64,000 nucleotides of DNA. It comes from a virus. The stretch lies in the IMG/VR virus record IMGVR_UViG_3300025012_000056; one strand, given 5' to 3'. Under the pieces are notes generated by a model, which saw nothing but the letters and a program-made list of their open reading frames with translations, was not told the DNA's origin and ran no database searches. The position numbers and the translations under genes were made by a program. Shown here in pieces: positions 18,907 through 28,842 of this stretch. Position 1 is the first letter of the stretch; the number at the start of each line of letters is the position of its first letter.

Positions 18907-20220
18907 ATGGCGAAAGAAAAAGATTTGTATGCAAAGTACTCCGCAACCAGTGTAAATACACTGAAAAATAAGATTGCGGAGGAAAATCAGGAATTCAACA
19001 ATTCCTTTAGTGACTTTCTCACAATAGATGAGGGCACTACAAAGTTTCGTATCCTTCCTAAACATGAAGGAGAGAACAGTTTTTATTCAGTCCGTGGCGT
19101 TCATTGGATTTCAGTGGAAAAGGAAAACAATGAATTGGGTCGTTCAACCGTTCTTAATGGCCGCATCCATGGCGGAGGTAAAAGGGATATTATTGAGGAA
19201 TATGTGGCGCTCGCCAAAAAGAAGTTAGCTGATGATGACAATAATTCTGAAAAGTTAGCAGTATTAACTCATTGGCAGGACGGATTGCTCCTCCAGTTTA
19301 CTTGGATTATGTATGCTTTGAAAATCACCAAAGTGGGAGAAAAGACAGTAAAAGAATTCGGTCGTTTGGAAGTAAAGAAGTCCATAAGAGATCAAATGAA
19401 TAGCATTTCTACAACGGAAGATGTTGATGAGCCAATTGAAATTGATCCCTTTACAGATCCCAAGAAAGGCATTCCAATTCTTATTACTTGGAATCCTAAA
19501 GCGAAGAAGCCAGCCGACAAATATAAGGTTAATCTCGCTAAGAGTCCCATGCCTTTAACAATTGAGGAATTAGGCGAATTGGATAAGTCAAAACCCTTAT
19601 CAGAATTGTACGGTGATGTATATACCATAGATGATTTTGAGAAAGCCTGTGAGGGATTGAGGAATTTTGATGAAGTTAATGAGATGGGATTGTTTGATGA
19701 TGAAGAATTTCAAGAGATCTTGGAAGAGGTTAAAAAACAATATAGTGAAAGTAGCCGGAAGACCAGCAAGAAAGGTGATGATTTTGACGAAATGGATCGG
19801 GAAACATTGAAGAAACATATTAAGAAAGAAGGTTTGGATATTAAGGTATTTTCTAAAATGACTGACGATGACATACGCAAAGCCATTCGAGAAGTAACAG
19901 CAGTTGAAGAAGAAGCTGAGATTGAAGAACCAGAGGAAGAGGAAGTTAAAGAGGAAGAAATACCAGGAATTGATTTGGATGCTCTTGACCGCAATGCTTT
20001 AAAGATGTTGATAAAAGAACAAGGATTGGAAGTCAAAGTATTCCCCAGCATGACCGATGATAATATTCGGGATAAAATCAGGGAAGTAATGCCTTCCGCA
20101 GGGGGAACAGAAGATGTGCGGGAAGAGGTTGAAGAACCAGAGGAAGAGGAAGTTGAAGAACCAGTAGTAAAGAAAAAGCCGACTTTGGCGGATATTAAGA
20201 AAAAATTACAAGGAAAGTAA
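18907..20220 (+). CDS. gp32-like single-stranded DNA-binding protein with extended acidic C-terminus
   Basis: TKFRILP motif, DPFTDPKKGIPILIT, acidic tail carrying two copies of the module seen in the 11061 gene. Confidence 0.7.
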   Translation: MAKEKDLYAKYSATSVNTLKNKIAEENQEFNNSFSDFLTIDEGTTKFRILPKHEGENSFYSVRGVHWISVEKENNELGRSTVLNGRIHGGGKRDIIEEYVALAKKKLADDDNNSEKLAVLTHWQDGLLLQFTWIMYALKITKVGEKTVKEFGRLEVKKSIRDQMNSISTTEDVDEPIEIDPFTDPKKGIPILITWNPKAKKPADKYKVNLAKSPMPLTIEELGELDKSKPLSELYGDVYTIDDFEKACEGLRNFDEVNEMGLFDDEEFQEILEEVKKQYSESSRKTSKKGDDFDEMDRETLKKHIKKEGLDIKVFSKMTDDDIRKAIREVTAVEEEAEIEEPEEEEVKEEEIPGIDLDALDRNALKMLIKEQGLEVKVFPSMTDDNIRDKIREVMPSAGGTEDVREEVEEPEEEEVEEPVVKKKPTLADIKKKLQGK

Positions 20221-20232
20221 TTGAAGACAAAG

Positions 20233-20308
20233 AACAACGTAGCTCAGCTGGTTAGAGCGGCAACCTTCTAAATTGCAAGTCACAGGTTCGAATCCTGTCG
20301 TTGTTCCA
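20233..20308 (+). tRNA. tRNA-Arg, anticodon UCU
   Basis: Acceptor aacaacg/cgttgtt, D-arm gctc/gagc, anticodon stem gcaac/attgc with loop ct-TCT-aa, T-arm acagg-ttcgaat-cctgt, followed by cca. Confidence 0.88.
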
Positions 20309-20327
20309 AATAATTAAAAACAATATT

Positions 20328-21404
20328 ATGGAATTGATAGATAAAGTTTTACAGCGTATTAATTCGGACGATGTTATTAGATTTAGTGAAAAGAATCCCT
20401 TTGAGGATGTTTCAACCTGGATCAGTACAGGTAGTCCAGAACTGGATTATAATATAAGAACACTTGGTTTCCCTGTTGGGATAACAGAAATATCCGGCAA
20501 ATCCAAGTCAGGGAAGACCACTATCGCTCTTCACGCAATGAAGAACTTTCAACAAAAACATAAAGATGGTATTTGTATCATTCTTTCTTCAGAGAACAGG
20601 GATAGCAAGTTGTACGCTGAGAAGATAGGTGTAAAAACCAAGGATGTAATAATCATTAAAAGTAAATTTGTGGAGGATTTGTTTTTCAAACTTCAAAATT
20701 ATATCAATGAGATATCAGATATATGGAGGGAAGAAAAACTTCCCGGAAAGCCAAAGATTTTTGTGTATTGGGACAGTTTGGGTGGCACACTCTCCAGAGC
20801 TGAAGTTGAGGCATTTCAAGCGAATGCTAAGATAGAGCAAAAAAATGCAGAGAAAGGTACAAAGACTGAATATAAGCACGCTCAAATGGGGAGCTTTGCT
20901 AAGAATGCTAAGGCAGCTATGAAAGCTATGCTCGCACAAATATACGAAAAGGATATTGTATTTATTATATTAAACCATGTTATTGATAACTTTATGACCG
21001 GAGGCAAGGACTCCCCAGGTGGGAGTTGGGTTGAATTTCTTCCTTGTTTAAGGCTGAGGACTGCAAGAAAATCATGGGAGAAGTTGGATGAGGAAGAAGT
21101 GGCGCAATATACTGAAGTGAAGGTAGAGAAGAATGATTTTGGGCCAAGAAAAAAGACAACAATTGAGATTCTTTTGGGTTATGGCGTGGTTATAAGTGAG
21201 GAAGATATTGAATACGCTGTGGAGAAAGGTATAATAAAGAAAGAGACAGCCAATAAATACAACTTTATGAATGGTAAAATGACTTGGAGTAGCAAGCGTA
21301 CATACTATGCTAACTATATCAATGGAAGCAAATTCATCCCAATACTCCTTAGCAAGATAACAAAAGAGCGTCATGCGGATGTATTAGCTAAACAAGAATT
21401 ATAA
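20328..21404 (+). CDS. recA: RecA/UvsX-like recombinase
   Basis: Walker A EISGKSKSGKT, Walker B VYWDSLG, FIILNH. ATG at 20328. Confidence 0.88.
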   Translation: MELIDKVLQRINSDDVIRFSEKNPFEDVSTWISTGSPELDYNIRTLGFPVGITEISGKSKSGKTTIALHAMKNFQQKHKDGICIILSSENRDSKLYAEKIGVKTKDVIIIKSKFVEDLFFKLQNYINEISDIWREEKLPGKPKIFVYWDSLGGTLSRAEVEAFQANAKIEQKNAEKGTKTEYKHAQMGSFAKNAKAAMKAMLAQIYEKDIVFIILNHVIDNFMTGGKDSPGGSWVEFLPCLRLRTARKSWEKLDEEEVAQYTEVKVEKNDFGPRKKTTIEILLGYGVVISEEDIEYAVEKGIIKKETANKYNFMNGKMTWSSKRTYYANYINGSKFIPILLSKITKERHADVLAKQEL

Positions 21405-22441
21405 TGAAGACGTTCCTTTTCAGCGATTTACACTTGAAGGAAGATAATTTGCAGGAATGTAAGGAAATCATAGATCAAGGAATAGAGAAGTCTGAAGAAC
21501 TCAAAGTAAGGGAGTGGATATTTCTTGGAGATATGTTTGTCAATAGGTCTGCTCAAAAATTAGCTGTATTACTTTGTTTTTCCGAAATATTGAAGAAATT
21601 GGAAGACCATAAAATTAAGTTGTATGCTATCCCAGGAAACCACGATAAGACCGATTTAGAGAGCGAATTAAACTATTTGGGGTTGTTTAAAAATTCTAAT
21701 TTTTTATTATCAAGTGAAGAGGACGTTTATCTCAATGATAATGGGACTAAATGGTATTTTCTACCATACTTTAAAGAAAATGGTTCTCTCATAGGAAGAT
21801 TAAATGTCTTACAAGAAGAAGCGTCAAACGGGGAGCGAGGAAAGTATTTATTTATGCATTCTGCTGTAAATGGAATAAAAAACAATGATGGAACACTGGT
21901 TAAGGATGGCTTGCAACAAGGATTGTTTAGCTCTTTCAGTAAGGTCTTTGTAGGACATTATCACAATTATTGCAAATTAACAAATAAAATAACCTATATT
22001 GGATCTGTAAAACCACATAATTATGGAGAGGATAATGATAAGGGATTTTGGTTGTTTGATGATAAAGATGGTGAGATCACGAGAATCCCAATAAACTTTA
22101 AGAAATATATAAAAGTTGTATTAGATTTAGATGTAAGAAACAAGATTTTTATTGAAACGATGCGGAAGAAGTTTGCGAATTCAACAAACAATATCCGTTT
22201 CATTTTCCAGGGGACTGAGGATCAATTAGCGATGATTGATAAGAATATGTTTGAGGATGTAGGGATAGAAGTGAAAAAAGAAAATAAAAATGTTGTTAGA
22301 TCATTACAATTATTGGAGGAAGTTGGAACAATACGGTTTGACAATAAGAGCATAATGAAGAACTTCATTCAGTATTGTGCTATTAATAAAGTACAGTCAG
22401 AACAAAGACAAATAGCAATGAATTATTTTAAAATGTTGTAA
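21404..22441 (+). CDS. sbcD: SbcD/Mre11 (gp47-like) nuclease
   Basis: Metallophosphoesterase motifs SDLH, GDMF, GNHD, GHYH. Confidence 0.9.
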   Translation: MKTFLFSDLHLKEDNLQECKEIIDQGIEKSEELKVREWIFLGDMFVNRSAQKLAVLLCFSEILKKLEDHKIKLYAIPGNHDKTDLESELNYLGLFKNSNFLLSSEEDVYLNDNGTKWYFLPYFKENGSLIGRLNVLQEEASNGERGKYLFMHSAVNGIKNNDGTLVKDGLQQGLFSSFSKVFVGHYHNYCKLTNKITYIGSVKPHNYGEDNDKGFWLFDDKDGEITRIPINFKKYIKVVLDLDVRNKIFIETMRKKFANSTNNIRFIFQGTEDQLAMIDKNMFEDVGIEVKKENKNVVRSLQLLEEVGTIRFDNKSIMKNFIQYCAINKVQSEQRQIAMNYFKML

Positions 22442-22442
22442 T

Positions 22443-22718
22443 ATGAAAACAGTGCAATTTGAAGCGACTATTCAAATAACAATAGATGGAGCGAGATGTC
22501 TTGTTAATCAAATATTTGCTTGTCCTGATGGAAGTGAGGAGTTTCAAAAGAATAAATTTCATATAATGGCCTTGCTTCATAAGGGTATATTAATTAATAC
22601 AAGCGGACAATACGATAGATATTCTTTGAGATTATCAGATTGGGGGGAGCAATATTTTTGGAAAGTTAGAAATTATATGCAAGAGTGGTTCCCAGAATTG
22701 GTGGAAAATAAATATTGA
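22443..22718 (+). CDS. Hypothetical protein inserted between sbcD and sbcC
   Basis: 91-aa ORF filling the gap. Confidence 0.55.
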   Translation: MKTVQFEATIQITIDGARCLVNQIFACPDGSEEFQKNKFHIMALLHKGILINTSGQYDRYSLRLSDWGEQYFWKVRNYMQEWFPELVENKY

Positions 22719-22728
22719 AAAGAATAAT

Positions 22729-24582
22729 ATGTGGTATTTAGACAATATACGTCTGGTGAATTTTAAGTCCCACAGGGATACTACAATAGAATTCAATAAG
22801 AATAAAACGACTTTGATATATGGAATCAATGAAGACGATAAGGGAGCAGATAGTAATGGGGCAGGAAAATCTTCAATTGTAGAAGCCATAACAATATTAT
22901 TATTGGATGTTTATACAAAAGAACTAAATCAAGAGGATTTTATCAACGATCAATCAACTTTTTCAGAGCTTATTGGGGAATTAAGCAATCCATTAATAAA
23001 AGCAAAATTAGGAATACATAGAATATTTAGGAGAAATCATACATCTGTATGCAGTATATCAGATAATGGTATTCCAAATGAAGTATTGGTTTCTGTGGCT
23101 GAAAAGAATAAATATGTTCTTCAGCGAATAGGAATCACTAAAGACGATATATTAAATTACTTTATCATTAATCAAGACAATAGTAATTCCTTCTTTATGG
23201 CTTCTGATATGCAAAAGAAGGAAATAATAGGGAGATTTACAAATTCTGTAACAGTAGATAAGTTGATAGAATTTGTAGCGGAAGATTTATATAAGATTGA
23301 TACTAACATACAGAGTAATAATAATCTCATTGATGCAGCTCAAGCTCAAATTGAATCTTTGGAAGAGTCATTAACTTATGAAAAAGAAGAAAGATTGAAG
23401 GAATACAATGAGGAAATGGTTTTGTTACAGGATAAGGTAAAAGAATTGAAGCGAGAAGTGACTGAGGAGTTAAACAAACTAAACACTTCAAAGACTGAAA
23501 AGACGATGAAGGACAAACAATTAGTGAATTTAACAAAACAAAAAGTTGATGATAATATTAGTTCGGACATACAAACAAAAGAGAAGTTATTGAGGATCTT
23601 ACAAACAGAACGAAGAGAATCAATAGTTATAAAGAATGATTTGGAAATAAAGATTGACGGAAATATGGTCTGTCCAAAATGTAAGTATAAATGGTCTACC
23701 ATTGATCCCACAGTTGATTTCAAAACACTGGAAGAAACATTGAAGCAATGTAAAGAAGTTATAAATACGTATGAATTTGGGATAGATTTGAAAGAAACTG
23801 AAATAAGTGGGTTAAGAAAGAAATTGGACGATCAAAAAACAAGTGCATCCAAACGAATTCAAATTAATAATGCTATTGAAAACATTGAAAAGTCAATAGG
23901 ATATACTGAAAGAAACATAAAGACTCTGAAGGAACAATTAACCAGCAATACAAAGAAATTAGAAGAGTTGAAAGTCTTTAAGAAGAATATTAAGCGGATT
24001 CAAGATTTAGAAGCTGAGAGACGAAAGAAGTTAGAGGAAGTTGGTATATTAGTTGTAAATAACGAAAAGTTGACCGAGCAAAAGAAGAATTATGAATTTT
24101 GGAAGGTTAATTTTGGGCTGTTAGGATTCAAGACCTTTTTGGTAAACAAAACACTCTCAATCATTGAATCCGTTGTAAATTCATTCCTTTACAGGTTTGA
24201 AATGAATCTTCTTGTAAAGATAAATGGTTTTAAAGTATTGAAGTCCAAGGAAGTTAGGGAGAAAATTGATATATTAGTAAGCAAAAATGAACAAATTTGG
24301 AGCAAGTTCCGTAAATTTTCTGGCGGACAACGAAAGAGAATCAATATTTGCGGGATATTAGCATTGCAAACATTGATTAATTCAGCTTCAGATAGCGGGG
24401 GATTGGATTTTATGGTACTTGATGAGACGTTCGAGAGCCTGGATAATGCAGGGCAATTAGAACTATTGAGGATATTAGATAAGAGTCAACAAACGAATTT
24501 AGTAATATCGCATCAAAACAACGATATTGGTCGGGAGAATCAAATATTTGTTAAATATAAGAATGGGGAGAGTTGTATATGA
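22729..24582 (+). CDS. sbcC: SbcC/Rad50 (gp46-like) ATPase
   Basis: Walker A NGAGKS, coiled coil, zinc hook CPKC, signature FSGGQ, Walker B LDETF. Confidence 0.92.
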   Translation: MWYLDNIRLVNFKSHRDTTIEFNKNKTTLIYGINEDDKGADSNGAGKSSIVEAITILLLDVYTKELNQEDFINDQSTFSELIGELSNPLIKAKLGIHRIFRRNHTSVCSISDNGIPNEVLVSVAEKNKYVLQRIGITKDDILNYFIINQDNSNSFFMASDMQKKEIIGRFTNSVTVDKLIEFVAEDLYKIDTNIQSNNNLIDAAQAQIESLEESLTYEKEERLKEYNEEMVLLQDKVKELKREVTEELNKLNTSKTEKTMKDKQLVNLTKQKVDDNISSDIQTKEKLLRILQTERRESIVIKNDLEIKIDGNMVCPKCKYKWSTIDPTVDFKTLEETLKQCKEVINTYEFGIDLKETEISGLRKKLDDQKTSASKRIQINNAIENIEKSIGYTERNIKTLKEQLTSNTKKLEELKVFKKNIKRIQDLEAERRKKLEEVGILVVNNEKLTEQKKNYEFWKVNFGLLGFKTFLVNKTLSIIESVVNSFLYRFEMNLLVKINGFKVLKSKEVREKIDILVSKNEQIWSKFRKFSGGQRKRINICGILALQTLINSASDSGGLDFMVLDETFESLDNAGQLELLRILDKSQQTNLVISHQNNDIGRENQIFVKYKNGESCI

Positions 24583-25037
24583 AAATATTAGCTATTGATC
24601 CAGCTACAGAGTCTGGGTGGGCATTATTTGTAGATAAAAATACCACATTGTGGGGAATTTGGGATTTGCGTACAAAGAAAGACGAGAGTTGGGGAATGAA
24701 GTTAATTCGCCTACAGACTAAGTTGCAAGAAATATATGATGCCTATAAGTTTGATGTTGTAACTTATGAGAGACCAGGAGGGAGAAACACCCAAGGAGTT
24801 ATAACACAATCCAAAATAATAGGACAAATTGAAAAGTTTTGTGTAGAGAATAAAGTGGAATATAGAGCATATAGTTCAAAAGAAATGAAGAGATTCGCCA
24901 CAGGAAATGGTAATTGCGGGAAGCCAGCTATGGTGAGATCAGCAATCTTAAAATTAAGATATAAGGGCGGTAATAATAATGAAGCAGATGCGATGTGGTT
25001 ATTAGCACTTACAAAATCAGACTTAAACATTAAATAA
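24579..25037 (+). CDS. ruvC: RuvC-like Holliday junction resolvase
   Basis: ILAIDP, VVTYERP and NEADA acidic motifs. Confidence 0.8.
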   Translation: MKILAIDPATESGWALFVDKNTTLWGIWDLRTKKDESWGMKLIRLQTKLQEIYDAYKFDVVTYERPGGRNTQGVITQSKIIGQIEKFCVENKVEYRAYSSKEMKRFATGNGNCGKPAMVRSAILKLRYKGGNNNEADAMWLLALTKSDLNIK

Positions 25038-25038
25038 T

Positions 25039-25314
25039 ATGGAATTTAAATGTAGTGATTGCGGACATGTGACTGTTATACATGTCTATACATTAGGACA
25101 AAAAGTTAAGTGTGAGAAATGTAAGAGTATTAACACAAAATTTGTTGCCCCTGAGGGAGATTACGATAATGTTAATATTGGTGAATTTTCCAGTAAAAAT
25201 AGTGAAGGAAAAAAGAAGATATTGAAAGAACGTAGTCATAATCATTTTAAGAAGTTTGATGAAGAAAAGAAAATGGATATGATTAAGAATCAATTCAAAC
25301 CGAAGAAAAAATGA
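25039..25314 (+). CDS. Zinc-ribbon (FmdB-like) protein
   Basis: FKCSDCG...CEKC. Confidence 0.65.
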   Translation: MEFKCSDCGHVTVIHVYTLGQKVKCEKCKSINTKFVAPEGDYDNVNIGEFSSKNSEGKKKILKERSHNHFKKFDEEKKMDMIKNQFKPKKK

Positions 25315-25949
25315 AGATTACATTCAATTCTTTGTGTGGCGAGAAGATTGAGTACGACGAGCAAAGAGTTGTACAATCTATTCTCATTTGTAGGAAGTGT
25401 GGAGAAGAGAAAGTTCTTGAAAGACACAGAGTGAGATTGTTTAGATATTTATCAAAGATAATTGTAAAAAATATAAATAATTTTGCTTTTCTTACATGTG
25501 AATATGAACGAGAATTGGTGTTTACAAAAAATGATTTAATTTCAGAGTGTTATATAGTGTTGGAGAAGTGTATTTGTTCCTTTGATTTGCGTAAAAAAAA
25601 ATCATTTTATTGGTTTTACAATAAGGCTCTTTCGAGACATTTGTTGAGATTAATTGAGAGGAATTGTAGGAAACACATTAAGGATATAGGAATTGATTTG
25701 GTTAAAACATCTGTAAACGGCATTACAACAACATCAGAGATTGATTTTTTGAATTATTATTTGAATAAGATTGATTTTACAGATGAAGAAAAGAAGTTAA
25801 TAGAATCACGGTTAAGTATGGTGAAGTTGAATGATTATGTCAAGAAAGTTGTTGGTATGAATGGGAGTAGATATTATCAATTGCTACAAAGCGTTAAACA
25901 AAAAATAACTAAATTTTATGAACAAGATCATCAAAATATTGACGGATAA
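25311..25949 (+). CDS. Second sigma-like factor with N-terminal Cys motif
   Basis: DLISECYIVLEKCI..FD...SFYWFYNKALSRH (region-2-like); C-terminal HTH-like segment. Confidence 0.5.
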   Translation: MKITFNSLCGEKIEYDEQRVVQSILICRKCGEEKVLERHRVRLFRYLSKIIVKNINNFAFLTCEYERELVFTKNDLISECYIVLEKCICSFDLRKKKSFYWFYNKALSRHLLRLIERNCRKHIKDIGIDLVKTSVNGITTTSEIDFLNYYLNKIDFTDEEKKLIESRLSMVKLNDYVKKVVGMNGSRYYQLLQSVKQKITKFYEQDHQNIDG

Positions 25950-26199
25950 TGGATATAATGTGGTATTCTTTCCGGAACACAATGAGATTTGGATAGCGAA
26001 TGAATTTAAAGACAACTTCTCACAGGGATTCAACCATATTACAGGATTTAATATGACGGAATTCTTTAAACAACAGACGCATTTGGAGACGCAATCAGAA
26101 GCGTATGTTCTTCAAAGAGTGGAAAATGAAATGGCGAATATGAATGTTTTAAAGTGTAGAATGAATTCAAGAATTCATTATTTTTGTTATGGAAAATAA
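25918..26199 (+). CDS. Hypothetical protein
   Basis: 93 aa in a tightly overlapping + strand series. Confidence 0.55.
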   Translation: MNKIIKILTDNGYNVVFFPEHNEIWIANEFKDNFSQGFNHITGFNMTEFFKQQTHLETQSEAYVLQRVENEMANMNVLKCRMNSRIHYFCYGK

Positions 26200-26437
26200 A
26201 GAAATCAATGGAAAATTCAAAGTAGATAAAAACAGGATTAAGAGTCAAATTAAAATCTACTTTCAAACCCATAATTTATGGGTGCAAAATAAATTAATAC
26301 AAAAAGCATTAATATTTATTGACGGATATGTATGTTGCTTGGTTCAAATGGGGGAATTTCCAATGAGAGAAAAAGAAATTGAGGATGTTATTGTAGAGGA
26401 AGCGATTTCGTACATAGAAAATAAATTAATAAAATGA
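26189..26437 (+). CDS. Hypothetical protein
   Basis: 82 aa, overlapping series. Confidence 0.55.
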   Translation: MENKEINGKFKVDKNRIKSQIKIYFQTHNLWVQNKLIQKALIFIDGYVCCLVQMGEFPMREKEIEDVIVEEAISYIENKLIK

Positions 26438-26802
26438 ATTTTGCCCGCAAAGTTAATATAAATACCTTTATAAAGGTTGTGAAAGAGGGAGCTAATATGA
26501 AAAAAAGAAAGAAAATATTAGACATATTAAAAATAGTTCAACCAGTTCTTGATGGCGGATACTGGATGACTGCAAACAAATTCTTTCAAATTTATCCTCA
26601 GCGAAAGGATAATTGGTCTGAGATATTCTCCTGGCTTTATAGAAATACTCAAATTTTGGAGCGCAAACCTGTTAAAGGAATAGTGATGAAGAGATTACCA
26701 TTTCCTTATAGCCCATATAGATGTAAGTGGGCGTACAGATTGAACGCCAAGGAATACGCTGCATTCGTCAATGGCGGAGAACAATTAAAATTAGCGATAT
26801 AA
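26434..26802 (+). CDS. Hypothetical basic protein
   Basis: 122 aa, overlapping series. Confidence 0.55.
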   Translation: MNFARKVNINTFIKVVKEGANMKKRKKILDILKIVQPVLDGGYWMTANKFFQIYPQRKDNWSEIFSWLYRNTQILERKPVKGIVMKRLPFPYSPYRCKWAYRLNAKEYAAFVNGGEQLKLAI

Positions 26803-27149
26803 TGTTTTATACACCGAAACAAAAAGGTCTTTTTTCAGCGCAAATTGATGAAATTTGCGAAAGACTGTTTAAGGAAGCTCAGGAAATGGGAGGATATTGT
26901 GGAGATTGCGGCGTTCCTTCAATGACTAAACATGAAGAAAATTGTGATATTGCAAAGTGTACTTCTTGCGGCTTACAAAGATTAAGTTGTTTTTGCGAAG
27001 ATGGAGATAGCGATATTTGGGAGGGACTTTGGCCGGGAATTAAGGATTGTTATGAATTGAAAATGATTTGTTTTGACACTGCAACTGGAGAATGGTGTTT
27101 TGATTTAAATGAATGGGCGAGAATACAAATGAAACGTAAAAATAAATAG
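26802..27149 (+). CDS. Cys-rich, probably Zn-binding protein
   Basis: CGDCG...H...CD...CTSCG.Q.LSCFC; ATG at 26802 preferred. Confidence 0.6.
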   Translation: MFYTPKQKGLFSAQIDEICERLFKEAQEMGGYCGDCGVPSMTKHEENCDIAKCTSCGLQRLSCFCEDGDSDIWEGLWPGIKDCYELKMICFDTATGEWCFDLNEWARIQMKRKNK

Positions 27150-27151
27150 TT

Positions 27152-27544
27152 ATGGATATTTCAGAAAAATACATTCTCATGTGTAGCAAAGCTACAGAGA
27201 TACAGGAAAAATACAATTTGTCCCATAAGGGAGATTGGTTTTGCCATGTGACAAATATAATTATTGTTTGCAATAAAGATACAACTCAGAAAGCAGGTGT
27301 TTGGTTGCCTCGCCAGGATCAATTACAAGAAATATATAAAGAGGATAAACAATTCAGCATTTATCAATTATCTTTAAGAGTACATGTTTTAGCTAAAGAT
27401 ACAACAATGGCAGGAGTAATGTCGGAACAATTTCAAAAGGATTTTGGGGAAATTACTTTTGAAAAATTGTGGTTAATAGCTATTATGCAAGATAATTACA
27501 GCAAAGAATGGAGTGAAGAAAAACGAGACTGGACGAATGTATGA
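27152..27544 (+). CDS. Hypothetical phage protein
   Basis: 130 aa with a WLPRQDQLQE motif of a kind I recognise from phage ORFs. Confidence 0.6.
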   Translation: MDISEKYILMCSKATEIQEKYNLSHKGDWFCHVTNIIIVCNKDTTQKAGVWLPRQDQLQEIYKEDKQFSIYQLSLRVHVLAKDTTMAGVMSEQFQKDFGEITFEKLWLIAIMQDNYSKEWSEEKRDWTNV

Positions 27545-27986
27545 CGTTTATACAGACGGCAGTTGCAACAATAGACTCTCAAAGTCAAAACGACTTGGCT
27601 CCTGGGCAGCAATCATCCTCCAGGACGATAAGATAGTAAAAATTCTTACAGGAATAAATAGAACATCACCGACCTCACAAACAATGGAACTCACTGCTGT
27701 AATTAGAGCATTAGAGTTCTTTCGTTCTTTCAGAAATATAGATTGCGTGAATATTTATTCAGATTCCGCATATATAATTAATTGCTTTAAAGATAAATGG
27801 TATGAAACTTGGTTCCTTAGGGACTTTCTAAATGTCAAGAACGTTGACTACTGGAAAAAACTACTTGATTTGAGCTTAAATTCAAAATTCAAAGTTAATT
27901 ATTTTAAAGTGAAAGGTCATAGCGGAAACAAGTGGAATGAAATGGCTGATAAATATTGCGGTATATCAACAAAAACAAAGAGATAA
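27537..27986 (+). CDS. rnhA: Ribonuclease HI
   Basis: VYTDGSC, MELTAVIRAL, IYSDSAY, KVKGHSGNKWNEMAD. Confidence 0.92.
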   Translation: MYDVYTDGSCNNRLSKSKRLGSWAAIILQDDKIVKILTGINRTSPTSQTMELTAVIRALEFFRSFRNIDCVNIYSDSAYIINCFKDKWYETWFLRDFLNVKNVDYWKKLLDLSLNSKFKVNYFKVKGHSGNKWNEMADKYCGISTKTKR

Positions 27987-28558
27987 TGGAAAAGAGCAAG
28001 TATCAATTAAGTTTCTACAGTAATACAACCCACGTGGGAATTGAAAAGGTGGGATTTCATCCGAATTTGTTGCCATTTATGCAAAAGGCAATAGACAGTA
28101 TTTTGAGACAAAATAAGGGAGGAGCCAAAAACGCAACAGCAACAATTCCTTTCGTTATTTTCCCCAGTGTGAAGAAGTCGCTTATACGATACAATAAGAT
28201 ACATCATAAAGATTTCATGATTTTATATAGTAATCATGTCCCAATAGGAGTCATTGATGAGGACATCCCGAGAGCATATCCTATTTGTCCGCATTGTGGA
28301 AAAGACTTGATTAAGAAAGTTATTACTATTGATCCCGCTGATAATAAATGGAAGAGAATGGTGCGTTGGTTAACAACACATATTATTAAGATCAATATAA
28401 ATATCCCTCAGTTTGATGTGAGAGACAAAGCGGGGAAATTTTATGGAGACATTACAGGATACAAGAAAGGAAAATTCGTCGCTTGGGAGAAAGAGAAATT
28501 TACAAGACTTGTTTGTAGAGATCATTCAGTTGATAAACCAAAATACATAATTATATGA
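27986..28558 (+). CDS. Hypothetical protein with CPHC motif
   Basis: ATG at 27986 coupled to the RNase H stop. Confidence 0.55.
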   Translation: MEKSKYQLSFYSNTTHVGIEKVGFHPNLLPFMQKAIDSILRQNKGGAKNATATIPFVIFPSVKKSLIRYNKIHHKDFMILYSNHVPIGVIDEDIPRAYPICPHCGKDLIKKVITIDPADNKWKRMVRWLTTHIIKININIPQFDVRDKAGKFYGDITGYKKGKFVAWEKEKFTRLVCRDHSVDKPKYIII

Positions 28559-28740
28559 TAACCAAAGATTATGATCGTAAATTAGTAGAGGACAAAATGA
28601 ATGCCCTTTCAATTGTAAGGGATGGCGGAGAAGTCGTCACAAAATATCACGGAATAGTAATTAATGAAGCTGAATTGAGCGACCGATACGGCATCTTTCA
28701 ATTCGGAGAGTTCATCAATCAATTACTCCCTTCCAGATAA
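28555..28740 (+). CDS. Hypothetical protein
   Basis: 61 aa, ATGA overlap. Confidence 0.45.
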   Translation: MITKDYDRKLVEDKMNALSIVRDGGEVVTKYHGIVINEAELSDRYGIFQFGEFINQLLPSR

Positions 28741-28842
28741 TGCTAAATTTATTGATGATCCAGACGCAAACGGAAGAAAAGAACATAGAGAATTGGTTAA
28801 AAAATGAAAAGAGGTTAAAAAATGGAAAGAAGCTAAATAATT

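Noticed and set aside
20261-20277. Amber-suppressor reading (CUA) of the tRNA
   Set aside because: Shifting the loop to centre CTA destroys the anticodon stem; the gcaac/attgc stem centres TCT.
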